Positions 51,437-63,772 of a stretch of DNA of 64,000 nucleotides are shown in pieces. The translations under genes were made by a program, and so were the position numbers. Every line of letters begins with the position of its first letter. The first letter of the stretch is position 1. The stretch covers positions 3,906,001 through 3,970,000 of the forward strand of contig JBLDXI010000042.1 in the NCBI GenBank assembly GCA_047495785.1, written 5' to 3'. Source of the DNA: Lepidodermella squamata. Taxonomy: Eukaryota; Animalia; Gastrotricha. The notes below the pieces were generated by a model. It was not told the DNA's origin. It ran no database searches and was given only the letters and a program-made list of their open reading frames with translations.

Positions 51437-51679
51437 CTATTTTTCGTCGAAGCCCAAGGTTTTCCACTCCTCCTTGGCCATGAGGTTGTTATCCATGCGA
51501 CATTTTAGGTACTCTTTCGAGAAGTCGCGACATTGGTGACTGTCGTTCTTGTTATCGGCTAAACAACGCATGTACTTGACCATAGCATTGTGACATTCTT
51601 TATCATGGTCTAGCGGAAAACTGCCTTTGTCGGGCGGGGTCGGCAAAAACACCTTTTGCCGCATCGATGGATTAGACAT
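51437..51679 (-). CDS. COX19: Cytochrome c oxidase assembly protein COX19 (80 aa)
   Basis: PTPPDKGSFPLDH..EC-x9-C..C-x9-CRM..LM twin CX9C signature. Confidence 0.95.
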   Translation of the reverse strand: MSNPSMRQKVFLPTPPDKGSFPLDHDKECHNAMVKYMRCLADNKNDSHQCRDFSKEYLKCRMDNNLMAKEEWKTLGFDEK

Positions 51680-51825
51680 TGTTATAATATTTCCTAGGAA
51701 ATAAAAGTACATCGGGTTATTTACTGAAACCTGCAACAACGTAATCAAATCATAACTCATAACCGGTTCATTAAATCTTTGCATCTAAAAATATTTTTTA
51801 TAATAAAATTGGCTATTAAGAATAA

Positions 51826-51910
51826 ACACTGTTACAGCTTGGTAGCATCAACCACGGTATATCCATAACATGGCTTTCATACAGTGGTGTCATTAATGCT
51901 ATGCCAGTGT
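51826..51910 (-). promoter_or_regulatory. Eukaryotic SECIS element (form 2) in the MsrA 3' UTR
   Basis: Minus strand: ATGA (51893-51890), stem ACCAC-T-GTATG, unpaired AAA (51877-51875), minihelix CCAT/ATGG, return strand TATAC-C-GTGGT, then GA (51849-51848); lower helices TAGCA/TGCTA and ACACTG/CAGTGT. Confidence 0.88.
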
Positions 51911-51942
51911 CTTTTCTAGGCAGCCTCGAGATGTTCCATTAT

Positions 51943-52666
51943 TCACAGACCACAGGACGCACCGGAGGACTTGTCACCAGTAATGTATCCCATAACGTAA
52001 TCTACAACTTCTTGACTGACCCCAAAGGATTTTGACTCTTCGAGCCACTGCGCCGCATGCGTTTTACCCTTTCCGTACCCAGCTAAATATCCAGTGACCC
52101 TGGCTGCCAAGAGGGAATCACGAATTTCACTCTCGGAGTGGAATTTCAGCGACTTGAGTAACCAGTGATCTTGGCGCAGAATATATTTCTGATGGTAGTC
52201 CTCAGCAATATGAAGGTCACTAGCAGGCAACACTTCGCTTTGAATCTTGCGAGTTCCGGCTAGACGAACTTGCTTAGCCAAAGACTCTTCTGCTTCCTTC
52301 TTCTGCTCAGCATCGTGATAAAATATGGCGGTGGCATATTGCCTTTTGTACGGCCGGGCGAAAGGATCGTGGTTATTCCAAAACAGGTCAAGAAGTCGAG
52401 AATATTGAACTACGTTAGGGTCATAGGTAACGGTGATGGCTTCCATGTGGTCTCCGATGTTACGATAAGTTACGGGTGCAGGCTTAGTGCCTCCAGAGTA
52501 TCCTACACATGTAGACAAAACTCCCCTAACGACGCCTGAAAACAAAAAAGAACGATTACATAAGCCTGATTTGCCCATAGCAACAAATACCAAAGACGCC
52601 GTCAGGGAACCAAAATCAGGCCATCGCGAAAGTTGCCTTTTTCACTGCATTCGTAGCAGGGCTCAT
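51943..52666 (-). CDS. MSRA: Peptide methionine sulfoxide reductase A, selenocysteine-containing (exons 52666-52591, 52535-51943; 222 aa; Sec17 encoded by TGA at 52618-52616)
   Basis: Exon 1 reads MSPATNAVKKATFAMA-TGA-FWFPDGVF, with TGA in the GCFW-motif Cys position; a 55-bp GT-AG intron joins it to GVVRGVLSTCVGYSGG..GDHMEAI..QYATAIFY..AEDYHQKY. Confidence 0.92.
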
Positions 52667-55600
52667 TCTCTCTACGTTTCTAAGTTTAGAGTATCTATGA
52701 TTGAGAAATCAGAGGTCAGAGAGTCATGTTAAATAAGCAAATCACGCGATAGTAGCAATTACTATTATCATGCGACCGGCGACCATATAATTCTGAGAGA
52801 TCAGTAAGCTATCTGATGAGCAAAGATGACTCACTCAATGCTCATTTCAGAAGAATAATCTCGAGGAAGCATTCGAAATCTATCCACCTAAGAGGTAACA
52901 GGAAAACAGTATCATCATCAACAACAAGTCAGCTGCAACTCGATGATATCAGGTCAAAAATGATGGCACGTGAATCTAGTTCAACGTGCAAACTGCAGCT
53001 GAATGCTACAACCTGAAAACGGCAGACAGCGCATTGAACCGGGTGCCAAAGGTCACCAACAAAAGGGATTTTAGAAAACAGCTGATTTTTTTCTTACCCT
53101 CTCTTTAATCCATGAAATAATTAAAATTTTATTTCGCAACAATGTAAATATATTATAAATTATTTTAAATTTATCATGTCGGATGTTGATTAAAATATGT
53201 CGAAAATTTATTTTACGCGCGTATTTTCAAACCAACTTCCTCGGACTTGAAAATATTTGCGATGCGAGGGCTTTCTTATTTCTATGTTGTTTGTTGTGAC
53301 TTGTTTATTACGAGATGGAATTACGAATGCGTTAACTGTTCGCGTTAAAAATTGCACATGCATGGTATTCTTTTGTAAAGTTGATTGATGTACAAATTTT
53401 AAAGTACTTGGATGGCTGCTTTTGACAGTTGCCAAGTCGTCGGGAGTATGTATCAAGTGGTATCCTATCAAGTGGCACCTCCTCTCAGTATCTGTTCAGT
53501 GTCAATTGAAATTTTGACCATTTTGGGTTTGGCAGATAATTAAACGCAGTTGGTAACTTATTTCGCGCTCTTGTGACCCGCGTTGCTACCCTTCGTAGTA
53601 GCCGTTTGCCGTCTTGAAATTCATTGCTCATGTTATCAAACGGATTAGCAGAACGAATCTCGGTCCAAGCAGCAATAGAAAATATCATCGTATGCACCAT
53701 TTACATTTGTTTACCGTTCACTTGAACCTCATGGTTTAGCTGCAAGCGGCGAAGTCCATAATCGAAGTATTGTGGTGTTGCCGCTCTCAAAATGTCAATG
53801 GAGCGCGCAAAATAGAAAATAATCTCATAACTAAAAATTACCTCATTCGGTCATTGTAATGCTTTCAACACGTTCACATTCGCATAACCTGAGAGTAAGA
53901 ACGTGTTCTCCGTGAAAAAGAAATCTAGCAGCGGAGCACGCCTTCACAATACCTTGTTAAATGGCGCACAGCAAAATAACATAATGTCCACTTTTTGTTT
54001 ACCTTACCGAACAATAAACAAAGCCCGTCGTAAAATTTTCAGGTCAATGAACTAATATATGCGATCCAATCTCAGCAGGCACGTCAAACGACGTGAAAAT
54101 CGTACGGCTTCGCTGAATGATTATGAGATGGTAATTATATTATCCCTAGTGTCACATATATAGGCATCTTTTACCATGATAACAGACGCGGATGTAAACG
54201 CGTAAGCCCGAACGCGCTTCAAATAGGATTATCACTTGTGTCGCGCTGAGACAAAATAATTAATTTGCTATTGGTTGTCAGACTCACGTAGTAAATAATA
54301 TACTTTGGTATATAATGTGATTTAGGCACCCTGTCTATTTCTATATTTGTAATCAGCGTATATCTAGCATCCAGATTTCTTCACAGCTTTAGCGATACAA
54401 GGTATGCAGGAAAGCGCGTTTTTATTACGGGTCGGTGCCAACATAGTAGCGCTTTTGTAGCGTCGCGCTGATTAATATACCTGGCCAGCTATTACCTACT
54501 CTCATCTATTTATTTTTATACTGCTGTATTTGGCATATTGCGCATGCCGATATAAAGCCGTCGCAGGGTGTCACGTTGAAGAGCTATGTTTGCTTGAGTC
54601 TAACAAACGTTGATTATTGCCGTTATTTAAGCTGTTTTACAATCGTGATGATAACGTTCTTTTTGCAGCATGGCAATTGTGTGAAGGGCCGCAACAGGTA
54701 TACGGAACAGCGTTCGCGGTCTGACCTCGTTGCCAACATCCTGCGGCGGCGCCTGCGCGAAATGATTTACGTCGCGGGGCCTAGTGCGCAATATTACCGT
54801 CAATATATTTCTGACATTTTTCTTCGAATAATATATACGTTTATATCAATATTATTTAATTATATACCTACACACTCGAAATTCGTCGTAAAAGCCTTCA
54901 TTATACTTTCAATCAAAGCATAGGTATACAAATAATAATAACGTCAAAATATGCCCTTATTATAAAATCATTTTTTTATGTCGTAAATATTTACTGCGCG
55001 CTTTCAGGTAGTCTAATAAAACAAAAATATGGGTTTAATGAAAGATTTTTCGGCTTGGCAACAAATTGCAGACAAATACAATTTTTGTTTATTTGATGCT
55101 TCTATCATACGCAAATCTCGTCGCTATAAAAATTTTCTAAATTTTAGGCGCATCTTCAGATACTCATAAATAGCGATTATGCTGGGTATTATATATTAAA
55201 TTTGCGCTAGCTTTTAAACTTGCGGTCGCGCATCGCCCGTGCTCGCGGTACAAAAAGAATATTTTTGAAAAATTTACTGTCAATTTGCAACGCACTATTA
55301 TTCCCGTCATAATAATATTTATTCCGTCATGCATGCGCACGCATGACAAAGTTCGGCCAAACTGCAATTATTGAGTCTATGTACAATTGATAAAATTAAG
55401 CCCCCTCTTCCCATTTTCTGCGTACTCTATATAATGTTGTAAATACAGCATATATACCAGCGATGAAAATGCTTTTATTAATATTGAACATACTGTCGAA
55501 TCGATATAACGCATCCCTGCCCAAATATCAACACTGGAGACGATGTCATGCGGAGCCATCGAAATTCGGGAAACTGCCGCCATTATTTTGCATGCCCCCG

Positions 55601-56782
55601 GCAATTTTACTCCGTCCACATTTCTTACCCCCGTCAAATTAGGCTCAATAAATCGTGATTTATTTCGGAATATCGGCTTCTCATGTCATTCATTCAATTT
55701 TTTGGCGTAAAAGTTTCAATTTTCGGGCTATTTTTTGCAGAGCGCAAATTAAAGTGTCAAATTTGACACATGCTCGTTTATTTGGTTTTTTCGAGCCAAT
55801 CGCTTGCTATATAAATTGCACACATTTGTGAAATTACATACACACCCTCAGCGACAGCGATATATAAAAAAATCGAAGCCGAAAACGTGCCGGATGCTGG
55901 CAAAGTAGGGGCTATCATTTTCTTATCGCATTACAAGCAGAAGACGCATTTTTACATAAAATATAGAAAAAATGATAGCCGTCCCTACAGGCGCGATTTC
56001 ACTCCCCATATTATACTTGTTCGGTCCCTTGCATACGCAGAATTTTTCTTATATATTAAATTTGCCAAAGACGTTGAGTATAATGTCATAATCAAGTTTA
56101 GTTATGTATCAGCAAATTTTCGAATTTGGTCAAGCATTTTTAATCAAGCGCTCGGACTCGGCATCAGTGCATTGATGATTTTATCCCTGTATTTTTATAT
56201 TGTTGATTTTCACACATATTATTTGCGAAAAAATCCCAGAATTTGGCGCGTGTAAAATATTTACCTAGCCCTAGCGCGAAGAATTATTTTGCCCGCAGGA
56301 AAAAAACGTTATACTATTTTATTTAGGAATATTCGTATTCTATATAGAGCCCAGCGGGCCACCAAAAATCGCTTTTTATTTATAGGTAACGCGTTTATTA
56401 AATATACCTGGTATATCTTTCATCGCGAATGAGGGAAAAAAATTCTGCGTACCTGTTGAGTGCCGCATAACATATTCCGATTATATTACACAAATGCGCG
56501 TGGGATTGCTGATAAGAGCCAAATTTTAGGAAAAATCTGTTCTAATTTTCAAACCCTTCAGCTATGTGGCACGTAATTATTTTCATTTTTATTAATTTTC
56601 TAGCTCATATTATTGAGTTACGGAAGCTATAAAACTGATTTTTATAGCTTTTAAATTACTGCAATTTGCGTTGTTTTGGTATCGTCCTATTCTCATTGTT
56701 TTTCTCCCAGATACTGAGTACGAATATGTTTCTATCAATTGTTTATTTGTTAGGCTTTTATTTTGACGATTCCGTGGAAATT

Positions 56783-58057
56783 ATGTCGACTAGTGACGAT
56801 GTGAATAACGGCCAGCGACGTAGTAGCACCAGTGCCGATAGTTCCGTCGATGAACTCGAAGCTCTGTTCAAGCGTTACTGCGTTCTAGGCCAGGGTCATG
56901 GCTGCAAAAAGACAACTTTAACGCAAACGCAAATGAACAAGCTATTTATGGACGCTGGAATTTATAAGGAATTTCCTAAACTGGACAGAAACGTGCTGGG
57001 AATCTACTGGAGCTATGCCTTTAAAAAGGAGAAGGAAATCGATTATTCAACGGCTGTGGGGGGCTGGAAAACCGTGTTTGCCGATCGTTACAACATTGAT
57101 TCGAAGGGCGAAGTTTCGAAGGAGGATTTTTGGATGCGGTTTTCGCTTAAACTCGGCCAGTGCCACGGGCCGAAACTGGCGGCGACGAAGGTTGAAACGG
57201 TGGGGGTTATGGAACGGCTGACTGATGAGTCGAAATACACTGGCATGCACAAATTGCGAGCGTCCCAATCAGCTCAAGTGCCGGCTCAGAATGGTGTAGC
57301 AGCAAAGCCAAAGGTATAGGATACACTTCATCATAAAGTTGTACTAAAATTTTCGCGTAATGTTCGAATGGGATTATTTAGAATTTCAATCGCACTGGGA
57401 CTCTTATCGAATATTTCCCAAGTTTTCGCTCTCATGAGTAAAAAGAATAATATTGGGGTGGATATCGATTATCGATTTCTGTCATCGATTTTTGCAAATG
57501 AGTAATCTTTCCGATATTACTAGCAGTATAGGAATGGAACCCTTAATTTTTCACACCTTGAGGGTTCCTGGTAGCTAAAATAAGAAATCCTAGGGTTAAT
57601 TAATAATTAGTAAACTCATCGATTAAGAAAAGTCGAAAGCGTGAAATTTGGAGCTGGAACCTTGGAACCTTTTGAGCTGGCCTTTTCCTTGGAAATATGT
57701 AAGCCTCTAGCCCAGAAAACTGTTAAAAAATGTCCAACTTGATGCCAACATGGATGCCAAGGCTCAAACTTCGTTTCCGTTATATGAGGTTTTTTGTTTT
57801 CTTTCATGCAGAGTTCAGAGGTCGATATGAGAATTTTTGCTTTTTACTTTTTACTTCACTGAATTTAAATAAAGATTAGTGAAATGATTCAATTTTTCTC
57901 AAATTAGGCTGTCTCCAAGCCTGCTTCAGCTCGGCCTGGTCTTACAACGTCGACGTCTAATCACGCTGTATCGGCTACGCATCAACGCACTTCGGCCATG
58001 TCGAAATCGACAAGTACGACGCACCGACAAGTGGCAACGTCCAGCGGCACTCGATAA
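56783..58057 (+). CDS. TPPP/p25-alpha family protein (exons 56783-57313, 57908-58057)
   Basis: F..YC..G..LT..Q..KLF.DAGI core and GVMERLTDESKYTGMHK motif; phase-0 GT-AG intron leads to an open Ser/Thr-rich final exon. Confidence 0.7.
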
Positions 58058-58655
58058 ATTATTTATTTAACCATCGAATATATTGTTCGAAAATTCTAAC
58101 GAAAAAAATCAACCTTTTATCATCTGATCCGCACTTCTTTAAGAAGACAAAAAAAATGAGAAATCTAAATTATTATGATTATTATTTTAAGGTAGATGTA
58201 TCCTTAGCTTTTCTCGGTGATATTTTTTCGACTCTTACGACTATTTACGGAAGAACTATAAATAATTTTTACATTGTGATCGATGTTGTTTCTTGACACA
58301 ACTCACCGAGAAATTGAAAGGATAAATTCGAAGCTAAGAATATTAATCGTTTTCACTGTCCTTGAATCGCTTATAAATTATCGCTCTTTTCCTACAAATC
58401 ACATCAAAACTGAATCAATGAATACCTCGAGCAAAATCTATATTTCGAATTTTACTGTCAAATGAATTTATTATGCGGCATTAGCATAGTGTTTTTCATA
58501 CTCTTCATTTTGTCGTCCGTCCTGTTGTCAATCTGATTTCTTATTTAGCCGCTGAAATTCATTGTTATAAATAGAGAAATTTTTTAAATAAAATTGACGA
58601 ATTTTTTATTTCACACTCGTATTTCCTTTCATCTTCTTCATCTTTTCAGTTAAAT

Positions 58656-59538
58656 TTATTTCTCAGCATAGCCGTTAGCAGTTGGCGAGAACGGCCAAGA
58701 GACGATACCAGTTGTATTCAATCTATCGAGAAAATATACTTCATTTCATAATAGGATAAAATTGTACCTGAATTTGTTGACTTTGACGTCGCGAAATCCA
58801 GCCTTTTTCATGTCAACCCAGGGTTGTCTGATCAGGGTGCAGTCGGAGAAAAATGTGATCACGGGGAAGCTGAGGATGTATTGAACAGCTCTCATGACAA
58901 AGTCATCTTTCTCGCCCAAAACATGGTCCCAAAAGTAGTAACGCGAATCCTTAACTCGCTCAATTTGATAGCTTTTAATAAAAATAATAAAATCTCACTG
59001 GTTTCAGGACTCGGTGAATGACTTTGAACGACGAATCCAAGTCGCTCAAAGAGCAATTTGTAAGACGTGAAAAGGCCAAATCGATCGAATTATCGGCAAT
59101 CATATCACTTGTTATGTCCTCAAGGCGGCACCGTAAAACGGTCAAAGTACCTGAGCTGAAAAAATTAAAAAATTAAAATTAAGGTTGATTAAAAATTCTT
59201 TACCTTGCCAGGTGCGATTTCGACCACGTTTCATTGAATTTATCGTCAAAATCCGGGCAAGGATCTATGCAAATGACATGCGAACCTGGGGGATATGCGT
59301 CCAAAGCCGGGTAAGGACCACATCCGAATTCGAGTACAGTAGGACGTTGCGATCTGCTCAAAGCAAATCGCCGAATTTCGTTAGAAAATGGCTCATATAG
59401 ACTGCCCCAAGCGGCGTGGTAACTTGCACAGTCGTGGGTTATGTACAAGAAGTGCAACTTCCGCCGCAGCCATTCGATAATCCAAATAATGGGGAAAATA
59501 ACTTTAACCCATGTTGGGATGTTAAAAACAACGGCCAT
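58656..59538 (-). CDS. METTL7/TMT1-like SAM-dependent methyltransferase (4 exons)
   Basis: N-terminal hydrophobic anchor, VLEFGCG motif I, VICIDP, IADNSIDLAF..CSL.D..IHRVLKP and YFWDHV..DC.L.R, reconstructed across three GT-AG introns. Confidence 0.8.
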
Positions 59539-60555
59539 GATGCTGATAAACCGGGTACTGACAAAAATACACAAGCTCTAAAAGGCAGTAGCAAGCCGGG
59601 AAATTCTAGGGGTGTGCGAAAACACGATTTTCGGAATTCTAATCAGTTCCCTTGTTGACTTGGTGTGGCGCAATAAAAAATAAAGGTTTTTTGCTGATAG
59701 ACTCATTGATAGATGTTAGCGCAAGTGAAAAAACCTTTTTCATCGTCACATATAATTCAGGACTCGGTGGTAGTAGTATAGTAATCCCGGAATATAAACG
59801 GCGTTATATAAAATAACGTGGTCAGACTTTTCAGCAGTGACACTTTTTCAGTAAAAAATGAATTTTGAATTTAGGTATATATTAATTAATCCTGGAGACA
59901 ATTCGGCAGTGACTTTTCATCAGCTGAAAGTTAAATTAAACTCCCAGTTCGCGATACTTATATATTTTTTAATTAAAATAATAAGTAATTTTTCAAAAGA
60001 CTTTTCAGCAGTTAAACGAAGCCTAGGTATATTGAGTCATTTTAGGCAGTCATTTTATTGATCTTAATCTCGTCAGTATCAATCCGAATTAAGCAAAAAA
60101 AGATTAGTAGCATCTAGCATCAATTCATTTATTGATATCATTCAAAGGAGACATTTAGAAACATTCTTCAGTCATTTCACAAATCTCAATATGTCAGAAA
60201 TCTCAGAATTAGTTTAACGGATCGAAATCTCATATTTAGAGGATTCACCTCTCACTATTCAATAATTACATTCAATCACGTGAAATCAGTCAAAGTCCGA
60301 AGCGTCGAGCCTATCCTGGGCAACTTCAGCCGCATCCTCTTCAGGACCCAATACGTACTCGGAGAATCGAGATGTCTTCGGCAGCATCTAATCTTAAAAA
60401 ATAAAATCTTAACAAATTGATCAGGAAAACTAATATCTTTTTTGTTACTTATTCATCATCTTCCAAGTCAAATTTCAAATTACTAATTTCACCGACTGAC
60501 AACAACACCTGATTGGTTATTATGCTGTATTTATTCTGTTTATTGAAAAAACTCA

Positions 60556-61922
60556 TTATGGCACAGGTTTCAAATTAGGAAAACGAGTGAAGAGACTGGG
60601 AATGTGCTGTTCTGCAATCAAAGCAATTTTGTTCCAGTTGCTCCACAATTCAGCACTGTCTGCGATAGTTTCATCTATGATGAGAGCCTTGAGCATTTCC
60701 AATGTGACGGGATACTTTACAAAGTCCTGAACCTTCCGCAGCAAATGACTCTTTCCACCAAATTTGAGCCGTCGTCTAAGTACCATGTAGCCGACTGCCG
60801 AAGCTAAACAAGTTACATCGTAAGCAATGGTAATTCCCTTTTGGTTCATGCTGATATTAGCCGTAGTTGCTGTTTCACCGGAAGGATTGAGCTTCGCAGC
60901 TGAGCCAAAATCTCCAAGAACACATTCATGGCTATTAAGTTTAAAAAGATTCTCCAACTTGATGTCGCGATGACCGTATCCTTTCGACGAAAATGAATAT
61001 ATAGCCGACATGCCGCTTAACAACATAGAAACTATCTGTTCATCTTCGGGAGCTTCATTTTTGTAAAGAAGGTCTGCCATTGTACCAGAATAGAGCCTAT
61101 AAATATAGCAAGTATAAGGCGGATAGAGATCAAAATTGCCACTTTCTTACGGTGCTATAATTGCCAATCGTTTCATTCCATCATAACCTTCCAACTGAAA
61201 TGAGTCCAAAATAGGCATGACATAGTTTCCTGTCACAACTTTCGCAACTTCTCTTTCATTCCGCAGACTAATCAAAGGACCAACTTTAGCACAAAATTTT
61301 CTAGGAGGCATCCTAATCCCATCAATGGTAACAGATAGCGGTTGATTCTGATTCGTTACTTCGTAAATTCCGACTGAGCAGCCTGGCTTCAGAGAGACAG
61401 AAAGAACTTTATCAAAACTGTAACCAAAATTCTTATGGATCATTTCATTAGTCGAAGTCGATATCATGGAAAGCGCTTGTTTGATGAAGTTGTCGATATT
61501 AACTTTGTCCCATGTTTCACATCCTGGAAGCTGACGATAAAGCGATTTGTGTCGCTTGATGAACTCTTGGAGTGAGGGAGACAGGTGAGTAACTGCATTG
61601 AGACTTTCAATGAGTCTTATTTTCTCATCGTCTGAAGGAATGTACTGTCTGCTACGTAGCCGTGAATCTAAATCCGCAAGCGACACAAAACCTGCTCCAA
61701 GCAACGCGATAAGGAGGTTCAATTAGTAATAGTCAAAAGAGACTAACCTGGAGGTGGCACTGTAGATGGCAATGGTGATGGTGGAGGGTGTTTTGCCCGG
61801 CGATGCAGACAATATGTGCAGTTATCATTCTGGAAGAAACGATCTTGCTCATTGTGGTAGCGACAATGACACGCCACATTGTCTGACAGAAGCCCGTTGC
61901 ATACTGAAGCAAAGCCAGCCAT
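60556..61922 (-). CDS. Atypical protein kinase with N-terminal Cys/His-rich module (exons 61922-61748, 61691-61151, 61096-60556; possible extra 3' exon to about 60452)
   Basis: FCAKVG (VAIK-like), NE (alphaC), GHRDIKLEN and LGDFGSA; no clear APE motif; exon 1 encodes C..CHC..H..CxxCxHxxxxH followed by a Pro-rich linker. Confidence 0.75.
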
Positions 61923-62371
61923 AGCGTTTGTTTAATAAATAACTCTCCTGAATGCAAAAAATAACAAAAGACTAGAAGGAAATCTTTCCAAAAGTTTGCG
62001 CCCGTCTGAACTAAACAAGGAAATATCAAAAAAGCAAGACATGAAAGTGATAGCGCTCGTTATACGTAAATCACACATTCTTCAAATGGAAATAAGCGGT
62101 TGAACAATTCATAGAAGTATTCAAGTAAATACAGCCTTATCAATAAGCCGTCAGGTAGTGTAGGGACTATATCTGGAAGTTACTACCAATTGTTTGGAAG
62201 TAGCAATCTTTTCCAAACTACCAAACAAGAGAAAAAAACTGAAACCCCAAATATTTCGATAGAAAAAATGAATCATAAAATAACAAAATAAAAGACGTGT
62301 TAATTTATCTCGTCAATGGGATTCATTTTATTCGATAAATTCAATACGAAGTCGGGGTTAGCACAAACAGC

Positions 62372-63772
62372 TTAGAAATGCGTGACCTGAGGGTGCTCTT
62401 TGAAGTACAGCCGTTCAACGTTTGAGTAAAATGTCCACCGTTTCTCTGCAACCTTTGAAAGCACGTTTGCTAAAGTCATTCTATTTCCAATAGATGCAAT
62501 CTCTTCGACGTCGACATAAGTACCGCCATTCTTCAGATGTAGCTCAACATCTTTAACGGTGCAAACTGACTTCGCATCTGTGCATTCGAAAATGGCTTTG
62601 ATGACAATCTCATCTTGGAGACACTTCCAGCACTGCGCGATGTGATTCTTCACCTCTGAAAAGAGCGTATTCTTCACGTCTACGAAAAACCAAATATTCA
62701 TCAGTTTTAAGAGAAAAAGAACAAAGACGGGCAAGTACCTTCAAACTTTTTCCTCTTTATCAGGGACTCGGATACGTTTCTCAGCTGATTCAAACGACCA
62801 CCGACAAGCGCGAAGACCCGTGAGTAGAGAGTACCATCCGTGTTCGCCACACCACGTTTTTGAAGGTAATCGAAAACTTGATCTTGGTCAATGTCACCAA
62901 TGCGATACAATTCCCCACGTGAAAAAGAATTTCTACCTATTGAATAAATATGATGATTAGCAATTACTGAATTAAGTTGGCATGAAACCAACCGGTAATT
63001 TGCTGAGGCGCCGCTCCATCGGATGAGACAAAAATAGTGACGAATAGACGATCATCAATCGCATCTTTTGCGCCTTCTTGAAGCACTTCCAAAATGTCGG
63101 GATTCTTCTCCGCAAGCCGGTTCACGTTGTCAATGACCAGAACAGGCATTTTATTGTGTTTCGCCTTGTACCACTTAGCCATTTCTTTGAACCGAAAGTA
63201 CACTGGAAACCAATTTCCTTCATTAGCTTCAGAGAACAAGTATAGAACAAGCAGAGAAGAAAGGGCAAATTCTACTTACATGGCTTATCAGCGACAGGCT
63301 TTTTAAAGAAAGCACTAATACGATACTTGTAGCCGGTAGCATTGGCGAACTCCGATGCAAATAGAGAGACTTCCGCAGGGACATCCACGTAAATCACACC
63401 GCTGCCAACAGTTCGACACGCTTTCATAACAGCTGTCGTCTTTCCTGTACCATGACTTCCAGTAATTAGGCAATACCATCTTTTGATATTCAATGGTGAT
63501 GGCGTGAGCATGTGTAGCAAATCCTTCTCCAACTCTGGGCGGTCAACCGACGCTATTTCTTCCATGTCTAGAAATTCACCAGAGCCTCGTTCCAGGCGAA
63601 GTTTCAAAGCTCTTTCATCCTTATATCCAACGTAAGCCACATAGATGTAGTAGGCGACAGGTAGAACGACCATCGGGAATCGCATGAGCAATTCGAAAAA
63701 ATCGCCGACAAGGAAACATAACGTTTGCAGAATGCCCAGGGCTTCTTCCTCGGCGAAGCCATATGCGCCCAT
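62372..63772 (-). CDS. Membrane-anchored P-loop (AAA/ATPase_2-like) NTPase, 4 exons; start codon uncertain
   Basis: Walker A GSHGTGKTT, Walker B VLVIDN, VGGR motif and N-terminal hydrophobic segment; four consecutive minus-strand ORFs separated by short intron-sized gaps. Confidence 0.8.

Noticed and set aside
51943-52666. MsrA as a pseudogene with a premature stop, or the 216-aa ORF-track version as the real protein
   Set aside because: The TGA is exactly at the catalytic position, the rest of the frame is intact and a SECIS is present; the ORF-track N-terminus is intronic.
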